A DNA stretch of 59,458 nucleotides from Archangium sp. (lineage in GTDB: Bacteria; Myxococcota; Myxococcia; Myxococcales; Myxococcaceae). Each line of letters opens with the position of its first letter. Positions within the stretch are counted from its first letter, which is position 1. Shown here in pieces: positions 29,840 through 41,000 of the stretch. The stretch is from the NCBI GenBank assembly GCA_031367385.1, contig JANLPS010000527.1, positions 1 to 59,458 of the forward strand. The letters run 5' to 3'. The notes under the pieces were generated by a model. The model was not told the DNA's origin and searched no databases. It saw only the letters and a list, made by a program, of their open reading frames with translations. The translations under genes were made by a program, and so were the position numbers.

Positions 29840-30856
29840 CTAGGTCGGCAGCGCCTCGAGCTCGGAAACCAACCGCGCCGCCTCGCGAAAGCCTGCGTCG
29901 CCAAACCCGTGCCAGTCTTTGATCAACGCTTGCCCCTCGGCGTAGTCGTCGTCCAGAAAATGCATCGCGCGATGCTCAGCGTCCCACCCCTGCAGCCGGG
30001 CGATGGCGCGGAGCAGCGACGCCGCGCTCTTGCGGGCCTCCATTCGCTCACGCAGCGGCGCGGTTGCGTTCATCGCCGTCGTGTAGTCATTGGCGGTGCG
30101 GGGCGTCGACAACCACTGCCCAGCGGCGTCGATCAGAAAGCCCGCCAGCCTCCGCGTCTTCAGCGAGCCTTCGATCGCGTCGAGGTACCAGTGGCTCACC
30201 GCGGCCTGTGCTTCACCCACGCGACGCAGCACTTCGGGGCGATCGATTTCACGCTTGGCCGACTCATCGAAGGCCCACGACTTCGCCATCACGTCTCGAA
30301 GGCCGGCCAAGTACACGCCGTGGTCTTCCAACCGAACCACTGGAGGTTTGGCCGGCAGCGAGTGCGCCAACGCCAACGTGCCGGTGTGGGCGAGCACCAC
30401 CAGCGCAGAGGTTCGCAGCGCGGCCTGCTTCGCCAAAGCGGCTTCGCACGCCGTGCCCTTGACCCGCTCGAACAACAGCACCGCGAACAGCTCTTCGGCG
30501 GGGGTCAGCGGCCCCTCAATCACCAGCGGCGAAATGTCGTGCTCGGCCAGCGGCGTCTTCAGCACCCACTGCAGCAACCGTATGACATTGTTCGTGAATT
30601 CGAGCTTCGGAGGTGACTCCCGCTCCCACAGGCGCCCGTGGTGGCCCTCGGCCCAGCCGCCTCCGCGAGCCAGCGCCAGCACCGAGCCTCGAGCCAAGGT
30701 GTCTTGCAACACGCCGCGCGCCGTAGGCCCCAATTTCGAAGGCGCCGTCACGCTGGTCACCAACAACCGCTGCACATCGGCCGACCCGGAGACCCCCAGG
30801 GTGGCCCGCGCCAGCGTCAGCAGCGAGGCCTCGGGCAGGGTGACCTGGCCGCTCAT
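29840..30856 (-). CDS. Hypothetical protein resembling FtsH ternary system domain X6
   Basis: QDTLARGSVLALARGGGW..GRLWER and HFLDDDYAEGQ..DW resemble that family as I recall it; not verified by HMM. Confidence 0.55.
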   Translation of the reverse strand: MSGQVTLPEASLLTLARATLGVSGSADVQRLLVTSVTAPSKLGPTARGVLQDTLARGSVLALARGGGWAEGHHGRLWERESPPKLEFTNNVIRLLQWVLKTPLAEHDISPLVIEGPLTPAEELFAVLLFERVKGTACEAALAKQAALRTSALVVLAHTGTLALAHSLPAKPPVVRLEDHGVYLAGLRDVMAKSWAFDESAKREIDRPEVLRRVGEAQAAVSHWYLDAIEGSLKTRRLAGFLIDAAGQWLSTPRTANDYTTAMNATAPLRERMEARKSAASLLRAIARLQGWDAEHRAMHFLDDDYAEGQALIKDWHGFGDAGFREAARLVSELEALPT

Positions 30857-31443
30857 TTGACCCCTCGCATCGCGTCGGCGGCGGCGGGCCAGCCGTTGAC
30901 GGTCAGCCGGCCATTCTCGAACCGAAGCTCGACGGTGTTCGCGGTTGAGAATCGAGGCTCGCTCGGGCTGTAGCGGTCGCTCAGAAAGTGCATCACCTGG
31001 TTGCTCGAGCCCAACCAGCGGCGCTGTTTCTCGGGCTGGCCCTGCTCGAAGCGGCCATCGACGAGCAGATCAATTTCACCCAACAACGCGCTGATGCCCT
31101 CGGTGCGGGTCGCTCGCGCCTGCAGCTCAGCCAGGGTGAAGCCCGAGTAGATCATCACTGACAAGCCCGCCGCGCGAACCCGCTTCGCGACCTCGAAGAC
31201 GCCGACGGGTTGCTCGAAGGGTTCGCCGCCGAGCACCGAAATGCCTTCGATGCCCGGAGTCGCGATGATGCGCGCCGCGAGCACCTCGGCGTCGATGCGC
31301 TGGCCGCCCTTGTTCGGCGCGAACATCTCGGGGTTGCAGCACCCGGGGCAATGCAGCGTGCAGCCCTGAACCCAGAACGCGTAGCGCTTGCCGGGCCCTT
31401 CGGCCTCGGTGTCAGGCACTTCTTGCGCCAATCGCAGCTGCAT
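30853..31443 (-). CDS. NrdG-like radical SAM (4Fe-4S single cluster) protein
   Basis: EGPGKRYAFWVQGCTLHCPGCCN (CxxxCxxC), LGGEPF, DLLVDGRF and WLGSSNQ motifs. Confidence 0.9.
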   Translation of the reverse strand: MQLRLAQEVPDTEAEGPGKRYAFWVQGCTLHCPGCCNPEMFAPNKGGQRIDAEVLAARIIATPGIEGISVLGGEPFEQPVGVFEVAKRVRAAGLSVMIYSGFTLAELQARATRTEGISALLGEIDLLVDGRFEQGQPEKQRRWLGSSNQVMHFLSDRYSPSEPRFSTANTVELRFENGRLTVNGWPAAADAMRGVK

Positions 31444-31445
31444 CT

Positions 31446-31964
31446 TCAGCCCGGCCCCACCAGCCAGGTGGCGTCGGCCTTGGCAACGATGTCGCCGGCC
31501 TCATTCTTCAGGTCGGCGCTGACGGTGTATTCGCGGCGCTCGGTGGAGCTGGGCAGCTCGCACGAGCACTCGGCGGTGATCGGCCCGCGGGCCTTCTTCA
31601 AGTAGCTCATCGACAGCTTGGTGATGATCGCCCTCGACCCATCAGGCACCGAGACCAGCATCGCCGTACCGGTCGACACCTCACCCAGGTTCATCAAGGC
31701 AATCGCGTGCACCGACCTCAAGTGGTTGCGCACCCGGGGGGTGTCATTCATTCGCACCTTGGCGTACCCCGGCGCGAGCGCGAGAATCTCGGGGCGTATC
31801 GTGCCGGTGTACGGCGCCATTCGGCCGATCAACCGGCCCATCAGCACCCCGCCGCCCGGGGCCTTCTTGAGCACCTCCCAGGTCGAGCGGAGGCTCGAGG
31901 GCGAGACCAGGTTCTGCAGCAGCGTCTTGGCTGAATCGAAGATCGAGCGCACGGGGGCTTTCAT
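31446..31964 (-). CDS. Hotdog-fold thioesterase (PaaI/DUF4442-like)
   Basis: APYTGTI, NHLRSVHAIAL.NLGE and YLKKARG motifs. Confidence 0.85.
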   Translation of the reverse strand: MKAPVRSIFDSAKTLLQNLVSPSSLRSTWEVLKKAPGGGVLMGRLIGRMAPYTGTIRPEILALAPGYAKVRMNDTPRVRNHLRSVHAIALMNLGEVSTGTAMLVSVPDGSRAIITKLSMSYLKKARGPITAECSCELPSSTERREYTVSADLKNEAGDIVAKADATWLVGPG

Positions 31965-31996
31965 AACCCACTTGGCCTTGGGCCGCGCTGCCACGC

Positions 31997-33379
31997 TTAG
32001 CCCAGTGAGGTGTGCCCCAGCGCCAACGGCGCGACGCCGACCGCAGCCGGCTGGGCCTCGGGCGTGGGCACCTCACTGGAGGGGATCATGGTCGTCATCA
32101 GCAGGCTGAAGCAGGCGCCAGCACTCGCAACGTTGCTCGCGCTCAGGGTGGCTCCGAAGCTCTGCGCGTATTCGCGAGAGAGCGCCAGGCCCAACCCGGT
32201 GCCTTTGCCCGGCGCCTTGGTGGTGAAGAAGGGCTCGAAGAGGCGTAGCAGCACCTCTGGCGCGATGCCCGGGCCGCTGTCGATGACGTCGATGCGCACG
32301 CAGCCCGGCAACACCGAGGTGGTCAGGCTGATGGTGCCCTTGCCGTTGCAGTGCTCTTCGAGCGCGTCGCTCGCGTTGATCAGCAAATTGAGCAGCACCT
32401 GCGAGAGCTTGCGCCGATTGGCCTTCACCAGCGGCAGGCCCTCGGGCACCACGACCTCGAGCTGCAGCTTTCGCGACAGGCGAACGTGGGCCAGCCGCAG
32501 CGTGGCCCTGACCACGTCAGCCACGTCGACGGCCTCGACCTCGCTCTTGTCTTCGCGGGCGATCGACTTGAGGTCAGAGACGATCTCGACGATGCGCTCG
32601 ACGCCCTCGAGGGTTTCTTCGAGCATCTCACCCAACTCTTGCGGCGAGAAACCCACCGCGCGCGGGTCGAGCAGCTCGCGGTGCAAGGTGGCGACGTTCG
32701 CCTTCACATAGGCCAGCGGGTTGTTGATCTCATGCGCGACGCCGGCAGCCAGGCGGCCCACGATGGCCAGGCGCTCTGATTGAGCCCGGCGGTTTTCAGA
32801 CATTCGCAGCGCCTGATTTCGCTCACCTTCAGACTGCATCTCGAAGGCGCGCGAGCGGTGATTCGCCCAGGCCGCCAGCACCGCGATGCCGTACATGCCC
32901 GCCATCAAGACGATGTACGCGAGCAGCTCACTGGGTTGGTGGTCGAGCAGCGCCAGCGCCAGCACGCCATTGCCAAGCAGCCCAGCGGCCGAGACCGCGA
33001 CCACCACGTAGAAGCGGTCGAAGAACAGCACCGTCACCACGAGTGGAAAAGCGAGCACCGTCGACGCCAGTGAAACCCGCGCACCGTCGAGCCGCAGCAG
33101 CAATGGCACCGCGAGCGCCAGGCCCACGCCGAGGGTTCCCATGATGGCGTCGACCCGCGCCCGTTTCGCGTTTCGAAGCGCCAGGCCGGTCGTGATCAGC
33201 ACCGCTCCGGCGCCCAGCCCCCACGCCCACTGGGCCACAGGGCTCTCGCGCATCAGGGTCAGCGTGAGCACCGCCAACAGCAACAAGCCGCCCGTCGTCA
33301 CGAACACGGTCGCTCGCAGCTTCTGGTCAGACGTTTGCACTGTCTGCGCCTCTGCAATTCGAGGTCCGAGATAACCCAT
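31997..33379 (-). CDS. Membrane sensor histidine kinase (NtrB-like)
   Basis: About 5 TM helices; [12 protein letters not shown]-box, [19 protein letters not shown] and GTGLGL motifs. Confidence 0.93.
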   Translation of the reverse strand: MGYLGPRIAEAQTVQTSDQKLRATVFVTTGGLLLLAVLTLTLMRESPVAQWAWGLGAGAVLITTGLALRNAKRARVDAIMGTLGVGLALAVPLLLRLDGARVSLASTVLAFPLVVTVLFFDRFYVVVAVSAAGLLGNGVLALALLDHQPSELLAYIVLMAGMYGIAVLAAWANHRSRAFEMQSEGERNQALRMSENRRAQSERLAIVGRLAAGVAHEINNPLAYVKANVATLHRELLDPRAVGFSPQELGEMLEETLEGVERIVEIVSDLKSIAREDKSEVEAVDVADVVRATLRLAHVRLSRKLQLEVVVPEGLPLVKANRRKLSQVLLNLLINASDALEEHCNGKGTISLTTSVLPGCVRIDVIDSGPGIAPEVLLRLFEPFFTTKAPGKGTGLGLALSREYAQSFGATLSASNVASAGACFSLLMTTMIPSSEVPTPEAQPAAVGVAPLALGHTSLG

Positions 33380-33416
33380 GAGTTTGTTTACAGGAACCCT
33401 GGGTCAAAAATGCATC

Positions 33417-33767
33417 TTAGGTCGCTGGTGACCCGGTGTGAGCGGTCAGAAGCTCGAACAGGCCGGTCAGCTTGGCTTCGCCGCGCAGGGTCGCCCGCAG
33501 GTCGAGGCTCACCAGCACGTTGTAGCCGCGTCGTTCGAAGCGCAACCACTGGCCGACGCGCAAATCGGGAGGCACGAGCTGGCTCCACACCCACACCGAG
33601 TCTTCGTGCAGCAGCAGCTCAACGGCTCCGTCGATAACCGACTCGACCGATCGCCAGGCCACCAGTTTGAAACCGAAGAGCACCGGCAGCTCGAGCCCGC
33701 ATTCTTCAAGCGCCCGCCCGGGGACCGTGATGCTTGCCGCCGTTGATGTGAGAAGCAATCGAGACAT
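33417..33767 (-). CDS. Small hypothetical protein, possibly DUF3006-like
   Basis: V..IDGAVELL..LVPPDLRVGQWL..LDLRAT..L..LFELL pattern loosely resembles DUF3006. Confidence 0.5.
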   Translation of the reverse strand: MSRLLLTSTAASITVPGRALEECGLELPVLFGFKLVAWRSVESVIDGAVELLLHEDSVWVWSQLVPPDLRVGQWLRFERRGYNVLVSLDLRATLRGEAKLTGLFELLTAHTGSPAT

Positions 33768-34066
33768 CGTGTATCATTCTCGTGGTCGAGGCCCTTTTAG
33801 TTGCGTGTCAGTTCTCGCCTCAGGGCCTTGAATTCTGGCGGGTTGCGCAAGGGTCTGGTTTCAAGTGATCAGCTGCGGATCGACCTCGTCTCGGTCACCG
33901 TGTGCCGTGCATGTCGCAGCGCAGTGGCTCCTCAGGCGAAAGGGCCGCCCCGCGCACCCGCCGAAGCGCCTGGCGTGAGCCACCAAAGGACTGGTTCATT
34001 GCAGAATCGCCGCGGGTGTGGAGCGCGATTACAAGGTAGGTTCCGGCGTTGCAGGAGGCCTTCCCC

Positions 34067-35188
34067 GTGTTTGAGCGACTTCGACCCCGCTGGTTGCTTG
34101 GTGCCGTGCTCGCGCTGAGCTGCGCGTGCAACCAACCCAAGTTGCAGGCCGCGCTGCCTCCCGATGTGCGCGTCGACACCTACACCCAACAGGCCGCCTC
34201 GAAGATCGACGTGCTCTGGGTCATCGACAATTCGGGCTCGATGGCCCCCCGCCAAGAAAACCTGGCCAAGAATTTTCAAGCCTTCATCAATGAGTTCACC
34301 ACCAACTCCGTCGACTTTCGCATCGGCATCACCACCACCGACATCTTCAAAGAAGCCGGCAAGTTCGTCGGCACCCCCAAGGTGCTCACCCCGCAGACCG
34401 CGAACCTGGTCAGCGCGTTCGCCGCGAACGTGAAGGTCGGCATCACCGGAGCCCCGTACGAAGTCGGCATGGAGGCGGCCCGCATGGCGCTCGAGCTGAA
34501 CATCGCGCAGAACGCGGCGGCGGTGACCAACTGCAAGAAGGCCTGCGTCGCGGCGGTGCCCAGCTGCCCGAGTGACTGCGAGACCAAGACCCAGTTCACG
34601 TTTCTGCGGCCCGACGCGTACCTGTACATCATCTTCGTGAGCGATGAAGACGACAAGAGCTCTGAAGACACGCGGTTTTTCTACCGGTACTTCGAGACCA
34701 TCAAGGGCATCGGCAACGACGGCACGGTGGCGACCGCGGCGATCATGGGTGACACCCCCACCAACACCTGCGGAGCGGCGCCCGGCCTCAAGTACCGCGC
34801 CCTCTCTGATCTGACCGGCGGCGAGGTCGGCAGCATCTGCGACGGCAATTTCGCGCTGACTTTAAAGAAGCTGGCCTCGAACGCGGTGGGCCTCAAACGA
34901 AAATTCGCGCTACAGGTGAAGCCCAACCTGGCGACGCTCAAGGTGCTGGTGAAGTACCCCTGCAACGCGGCCGCTTCGGTGACGGCCATCTGCACCTCCG
35001 TCGACAAGGCCTTGTGCGAAGGGGCCGCTCCCGATGCCGTCAATGCGGTCTGCACCGTGCCTCAGGGCGGCACCGATGGGTGGAGCTACGAAGAGACCAA
35101 CAACGTCGTCTTCTTCTCTGGCGAATCGGTGCCGGGGCTCAACTCGCAAATCGAATTGCAGTATTACGAAGAAGGCAAAGGCCCGTGA
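34067..35188 (+). CDS. vWA-domain lipoprotein
   Basis: GGAGG before GTG 34067; lipobox-like LSCAC; IDVLWVIDNSGS (MIDAS DxSxS) and FVSDEDD. Confidence 0.85.
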   Translation: MFERLRPRWLLGAVLALSCACNQPKLQAALPPDVRVDTYTQQAASKIDVLWVIDNSGSMAPRQENLAKNFQAFINEFTTNSVDFRIGITTTDIFKEAGKFVGTPKVLTPQTANLVSAFAANVKVGITGAPYEVGMEAARMALELNIAQNAAAVTNCKKACVAAVPSCPSDCETKTQFTFLRPDAYLYIIFVSDEDDKSSEDTRFFYRYFETIKGIGNDGTVATAAIMGDTPTNTCGAAPGLKYRALSDLTGGEVGSICDGNFALTLKKLASNAVGLKRKFALQVKPNLATLKVLVKYPCNAAASVTAICTSVDKALCEGAAPDAVNAVCTVPQGGTDGWSYEETNNVVFFSGESVPGLNSQIELQYYEEGKGP

Positions 35189-36630
35189 TGCGGCGGTGGG
35201 TGTTGCTGACGGTCACCGCGTTGCTCGCATGCCCGGGGCCGACGGTGAATCGGGTGCAGCCCCAGCTGCGGGTGCCTGAAGCTCCCATCGATTTCGGCAC
35301 GTTGCCGGTGCTGAACCAGAAAAAGCTCGAGGTGCCGCTCCTCAACGTCGGCCGCGCCACGCTGAAGGTCATCGCCGTCGCCCTCGCCACTGAAGACGGT
35401 ATTTTTCACCTCACCCCAGCACCGGTCGAGGTCGCCAGCGGCAATACCGAGAACGTGGTCGTGACGTTCACGCCGGTGAAAGAGGCGCCGTATGCGAACA
35501 CGCTCATCATCGACACCGATGATCTCGACAACCCCCACCTCGAGCTGCCCTTGACGGGCGCCGGGCTCACCGCCGCCAAGCTGGGCTTCATGCCGGCGAT
35601 GCTCGACTTCGCCCGGGTCGCGGAGTGCGCGGGCACGGTGGCGCAGGTGACGCTCACCTCGGTGGGCACGGCAGATTTGATCATCACGGAGATCGGCTTC
35701 ACCACCGAGACCTTCTCGGGGTTCGGCTTCGTCGGCTCGACCAAGACTCCGGCGACGGTGAAGATCACGGGCGCGAATGGCCTGCCGGGGCAGATTCAAT
35801 TGACGGTGCGGCTGACCGTGCCCGCGGGCACCACGGGGCCGGTGACCGGCGGCATTCACCTCAAGACGACTGACCCTGATCAGGTCGACGTGGTCATCCC
35901 CATGACGGCGACGATCAACCGGGCCCCGGTGGGCGTCATCGCGATGCTCGGCAACAGCTCGCCGGGTGAGTTGGTGAGCCTCGATGGCAGTGGCTCGAGC
36001 GACCCCGACGGTGATTCGCCCATCACCTTCAAGTGGACGATTCGGTCGAAGCCGCTCTCGAGCACGACGGCGATCAACGAGCCGACCCGGGCGCTGACCT
36101 CGATGCGGCTCGACCCGCTGGTACCGGGCGCGTACGAGGTGCAGCTCGATTTGACTGACAGCACGGGCGTCAAGTCGTGCACTCCGGCGCGGGCGACGGT
36201 GGTGGCGGCTCCGGCGCAGAAGTTGTTGGTCGAGATGTTCTGGGACAACCCGGGCACCGACCTCGACTTGCACGTGCTCAAGGCCGAGGCGAGCGGGCTG
36301 TTCTCGGTCACCGATGATTGCTTTTTTCAAAACCGAAAGCCGATGTGGGGCGTGACCCCGGCCGATAACCCCGAGCTGGTTCGCGATGCCCTGACCGGCT
36401 ACGGGCCCGAGGTCTTCGGCTACCAGAACCCGATCGACTCGACCTACCGCGCGGTCGTGGTGTTCAACAGCGAGCTGCTGTCGGCGACTCCACAGAGCAA
36501 GGCGACGGTGCGGGTGTACGAGTTCGGCGTGCTCAAGGGCGAATTTTCGAAGACGTTGACCAAGGCCAACGAGGTCTGGGAGGTCGCGTTCGTGACCTGG
36601 CCCTCTGGCGTCATTCGGGAGATTCCGTGA
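35188..36630 (+). CDS. Lipoprotein with choice-of-anchor D/ASH Ig domains, PKD-like domain and YfaP-like C-terminus
   Basis: Lipobox LLA-C; IDFG..LLNVGRATL; LDGSGSSDPDG; WDNPGTDLDLH..GYGPE; TGATG overlap with the upstream gene. Confidence 0.82.
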   Translation: MRRWVLLTVTALLACPGPTVNRVQPQLRVPEAPIDFGTLPVLNQKKLEVPLLNVGRATLKVIAVALATEDGIFHLTPAPVEVASGNTENVVVTFTPVKEAPYANTLIIDTDDLDNPHLELPLTGAGLTAAKLGFMPAMLDFARVAECAGTVAQVTLTSVGTADLIITEIGFTTETFSGFGFVGSTKTPATVKITGANGLPGQIQLTVRLTVPAGTTGPVTGGIHLKTTDPDQVDVVIPMTATINRAPVGVIAMLGNSSPGELVSLDGSGSSDPDGDSPITFKWTIRSKPLSSTTAINEPTRALTSMRLDPLVPGAYEVQLDLTDSTGVKSCTPARATVVAAPAQKLLVEMFWDNPGTDLDLHVLKAEASGLFSVTDDCFFQNRKPMWGVTPADNPELVRDALTGYGPEVFGYQNPIDSTYRAVVVFNSELLSATPQSKATVRVYEFGVLKGEFSKTLTKANEVWEVAFVTWPSGVIREIP

Positions 36631-38081
36631 AGCGGGCGCTTGGTGGCCTGATGCTGGTCGCGCTGTTGAGCGGCTGCCCGAAGACCACCACCAAGGTCGA
36701 TGCTGGCCGGCCGCCGGAGTGCACGACGCGCGCTGAATGCGATGCGGGGCTGATCTGCACGCCGCAATCGTATTGCGAGGGCTGCGGCTCGTCGGGGCAG
36801 TGCAGCGTCAAAGAGACCTGCTCGAGCGACACCCGCTTGTGCGCGCTGAAGGCAGGGTGGGGCACGCAGTGCATTCGCAACGAAGACTGCCAGGCGGGCA
36901 GCTGGTGCAAGCAGGGCCTGTGTCTCGAGCGCTCTGAAGTCTCACTCTGCCCGTTGGGCACCAAGGCGGAGTGCCCGCAGGGCCTTCGCTGCAACGTGGT
37001 GACGACGGTGTGTGAAGAAGACCTGGGCTGCTCGACCAACGACGACTGCTCTGGCGGAGAGCTCTGCAACCTCGGCAGCCGGGTCTGCGTGCCTCGCTGC
37101 ACCGTCGATACGCAAGCCTCGGTGTGCGCGGCCGGTGAGCGCTGCGTCGAGGAGCGCTGCGTGCAATGCGCCACCAACGCCGAATGCGGAGTCGGGTTGA
37201 TCTGCAACACCTCGGGTCAGTGCTCTGCGGGAGATCGCTGCTACACCGATCGCGACTGCATGGTGCCGCTGACCTGCTTCGTGCAGACCGGCGCGTGTCT
37301 GCCCAAAGCGCCTCCGTGCATCTCAGACGATGATTGCACCTCGGTGCAGCGGTGCGAGGTGAACAGCGGGCGGTGCGTCGCGAAGACCTGTCAGCCCGAC
37401 CGCTATGAGCCCAACAACAGCGACACCAAGGCCTTCACCGTGGCCGCGGGGGCCTATCGAGACTTGACGTTGTGCGAGGCCGACGTCGATTGGTTCTCGA
37501 TTTCGCTCAACCGCGGAGATCAGCTCGGGGTGAATCTCGACGCCGACCCGTTCAGTGAAAATGCGTACACCACGGTGATCAAAGACACGACCGGGCGAAC
37601 GCTCTCGGGCGGGCACTTGCTGGTCAGCTACGTGGCGCCGCTGACTGCGAAGTACTTCGTGGTGATCAGCGCGACCGATGCGTTTCAAAGCTACGATTCG
37701 ACGTTCTTGGTCTCGCGCGGCACGCCGTGTGACGATGACGCGAACGAGGCCAACGACGACGCGACGCACGCGACCGCGCTCAACAGCTCGACCCACATCG
37801 AGGGCGCCATCTGCCCGCAAGATCAAGACTGGTTCCGCGCGACCGTGCCTGCTTCGAGGGGCGCCAAGGTGTCGTTGACCAACTACGACTCCAGCAAAGG
37901 CCTGTTGCGGTTGTGCGTGTTCTCGAGCGATGGCACCTCGCAGCTCGGGTGCTCAGACGACGTCGCGCCGGTGGTGATGGCCTCGTCGGCACAGATCAGC
38001 GGAGCCACCGTGCTGGTTCGCGTGATCGGCAGCACCGATCGCATCGCCAACCCGTACACGCTCCAGGTGGAGTACCCATGA
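36627..38081 (+). CDS. Cys-rich repeat lipoprotein with two PPC-like domains
   Basis: Lipobox LSG-C; many C-x4-C-x5-C repeats; DRYEPNNS..DVDWF and DANEAND..DQDWF. Confidence 0.85.
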   Translation: MKRALGGLMLVALLSGCPKTTTKVDAGRPPECTTRAECDAGLICTPQSYCEGCGSSGQCSVKETCSSDTRLCALKAGWGTQCIRNEDCQAGSWCKQGLCLERSEVSLCPLGTKAECPQGLRCNVVTTVCEEDLGCSTNDDCSGGELCNLGSRVCVPRCTVDTQASVCAAGERCVEERCVQCATNAECGVGLICNTSGQCSAGDRCYTDRDCMVPLTCFVQTGACLPKAPPCISDDDCTSVQRCEVNSGRCVAKTCQPDRYEPNNSDTKAFTVAAGAYRDLTLCEADVDWFSISLNRGDQLGVNLDADPFSENAYTTVIKDTTGRTLSGGHLLVSYVAPLTAKYFVVISATDAFQSYDSTFLVSRGTPCDDDANEANDDATHATALNSSTHIEGAICPQDQDWFRATVPASRGAKVSLTNYDSSKGLLRLCVFSSDGTSQLGCSDDVAPVVMASSAQISGATVLVRVIGSTDRIANPYTLQVEYP

Positions 38082-41000
38082 GACACGTTCTTCTCACCGC
38101 GATGGCGTTGGCCTTGGCGACGGCGAGCGCATGCAGCTGCGGGCCAGTCAAGACGGGTACCGACGGTGGGTCGGGCCTCGATGCGTCGGTGCGAGACGCA
38201 GGTGAAGTCGACGCAGGGCTGGGGACTCGAGTCGACGCGGGTCGGGAGCCGACGGCCGACGCGGGGTTGCCGCCTGAGCTCAAGATCAGCCGCGTGCTCC
38301 CACCGCGCGCGCCCTCGGCTGGCGGCGTGAATGTGCTGGTCGAAGGCTCTGGTTTTCTTCACAATTTCGCCGGGTCGGGCACGCAGGCCAAGCCGCTCAC
38401 CGCGCTGAAGTTCGGCTCGAACACGGTCATCGATTTTCAGATCATCGATGATCAGACGCTCGAGGCCCGAGTCCCTCCGGGCGCGACTGGCAACGCGTCG
38501 GTCTCGATTCAGAACCCGAACGGCCGCCTGGTTTGCAACAACTGCTTCACCTACTTCGATGAGCTGGTGGTCACGGGCTTCACGCCCAAAGAGGGTGTGC
38601 TCGCCGGCGGCAACGAAGTCACCATCACCGGCACCGGCTTCACCAGCGATGTCGAGGTGCTCTTCGGTGGCCGCTCGAGCCCGAGCATCACCCTGGTGAG
38701 CGCGACGCAGCTGAAGGTCATCGCCCCTGAGGGTGCCGCGGCCGACGTGGTCGATCTCTCGGTGTACAACAAGAACGGCACCTCGACTCAGCGGCGCGCG
38801 TACCGTTACACCGGCGACCTTCGCGTCTTGAACATCGCCCCGCTCACCGGGCCCCTCGCGGGAGGCACCTCTGTCACCCTGACTGGCTCGGGCTTCACCG
38901 GCGCCACCGAGGTGAAGTTCGGAGCGAACGCAGGCACCGCGCTCACCGTCGTCTCTGACTCGCAGCTCACCGTCACCACGCCCGCGGGCACGGCCGGGGC
39001 GACCTCGGTCACCGTCACGACGCCGCAAGGCACGTTGACGATTCGAAACGGGTTCACCTACTTCGCTGCCGCCGGTGCTTTCGCCGTCTTCGGTGTGTAC
39101 CCGCACGTGGTTCGCCCAGGTGAGGTGGTGACCGTGACCGGCCAAGGCCTCGACGCCGCCGTGCTCACCGCGAGCATCGGCGGAGTGCCTGCCACGGTCG
39201 GCATCAAGACCTTCTCGACGGTCACCCTCACCGTGCCCGCTCGAGGCGCTGCGCCGAGAAAGTCAGATCTGCTGATCAACTCGGCGACGTTGCCCGCGGC
39301 CATCACCTGGGGACTCGACGTGTTGAGCGTCACGCCCCCCACTGGCCCCTCGGCGGGCGGCACCGCCATCGCGGTGACCGGCGCTGCGTTGCCCGCTGAC
39401 GCTGAGGTCTTCGTTGGGTCGCAACGCGCCACAGCCGTCACTGTGGGCAGCGAGACCAGCCTCACCGCGGTGACTCCGCCCGGCGCTGGTGGCGCTGCGA
39501 GCAGCGTTCGAATTCGCGAAGCCGCCGACCCCGAGAACGAAGCCAGCCTCTCGCAGGCATTCACCTTTCTCGAAGCGTTGGCGATCGGCCGCGTGCAACC
39601 CGACCGCGGCGCCATCGCTGGCAACACCCTGGTCACCGTGCTCGGCGCTGGGTTCGGCGACAGCACCGTCATCGTCTTCGCGAACAACCGCGCCAAAGAC
39701 GTGAAGATCGTCGACTCGCATACGCTCACCTGCCGCACTCCGACGGGCGATGTGGGCACCGTCGATGTTCGAGCCGAGCGCCTCACACAGAGTGACAATT
39801 TGCCGGGTGGTTTCAGCTACTTCGACCCACGCAGCATCTCAGGGGGCGCCTCCGGTGGCCCGCTCGTCGGCACCTTGAACATCACCGTGCTCGACTCGAC
39901 ACAGGGCAACTACGGGGCTCCGGTGTCGCAGGCCAACGTGCAGCTGGGCCTCGACTCAGCGACTCCGTTTCAAGGCATCACCGATGCGCGCGGGCAGGTC
40001 ACGTTTTCCGACCCCTCATTGGTCAAGGCGCAGACCGTCACCGTGTACAAAGACCTCTTCGAATCGGTCACCGTCACGCAGGTGGGCAGCGAGAACCTCA
40101 CCGTGTTCATCGCGCGTACCGGAGGAGGAGGCGGCGGCTCGGGCACGGGCGCTGGTGGCACTCCGGCGTCGACCATCGCGGGGCGGGTGACCGGCTTCAA
40201 GGCCCCTCGCGTGCTCGCGTCGAATGAGGCGCTCGAGGCGCGGGTTTTTGTCGCGCAGACCTCGCTCTTCGGCGGCGCTCCGTTCGGTGGTTTTTCAACC
40301 CGCGCGGGCGAGAAGTGGCAGCTGACCTCAGACGGCGCGTCGTACCTCGTGGCCACCGGCGCGGGGCTGCACGCGGTGTACGCGGTCTTGGGCATCGTCG
40401 ACTCGAGCACGATGAAGTTCACGCCGGTGACGATGGGCGTGAAGCGCGGAGTGACCACCTCACCCGACGTGCCCGCGACCGGTGAAGACATCGTGCTCAA
40501 CATGCAGCTCGACCTCACCGTGCCGATCATCATCGACACACCGCTGACCTTCCCTGATCAGTTCGGGTTCGAAGTGCCTGCGAGCAACAAGGTCTACGCG
40601 TGGCTCGACCTGGGCGCTGAAGGCTTCATCCCCAACCCGAACAACTGGTCGACCGGCAAGGGCTTCTCGTCGTCGGTTCAATCGAGCGGCACGATGCTCA
40701 GCTTCCCCAACTTCCCTCAGCTCGACGGGTCGAACTTCGTGTTCTTGAACGAGGCCACGGCCACGACCGTGTACCCGGTGAGCTATTACTTTCGGAGGCA
40801 ACCGGGCCCGATGACCGCCGGCGTCACCATCGGGCCACTGCTGCCTGCTCCGAGAATCGCACCGCTGGCTGACTTCAACGGCACCATCTCGTGGACGCTC
40901 GCCCCCGGCGCCGTGCCCGATCTGTTCAATCTTCAAATCGTTCGCCAATCGAACGCGGGGTCGATCACCGTGTGGGAGATGGTTTTGCCAGGCACCGAGA

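Noticed and set aside
30853..31443. Assigning gene symbol nrdG
   Set aside because: No nrdD nearby, and the context suggests a different role.
34067..35188. Calling the vWA lipoprotein CglB
   Set aside because: It shares only the MIDAS motif; the N-terminus and context differ from CglB as I know it.
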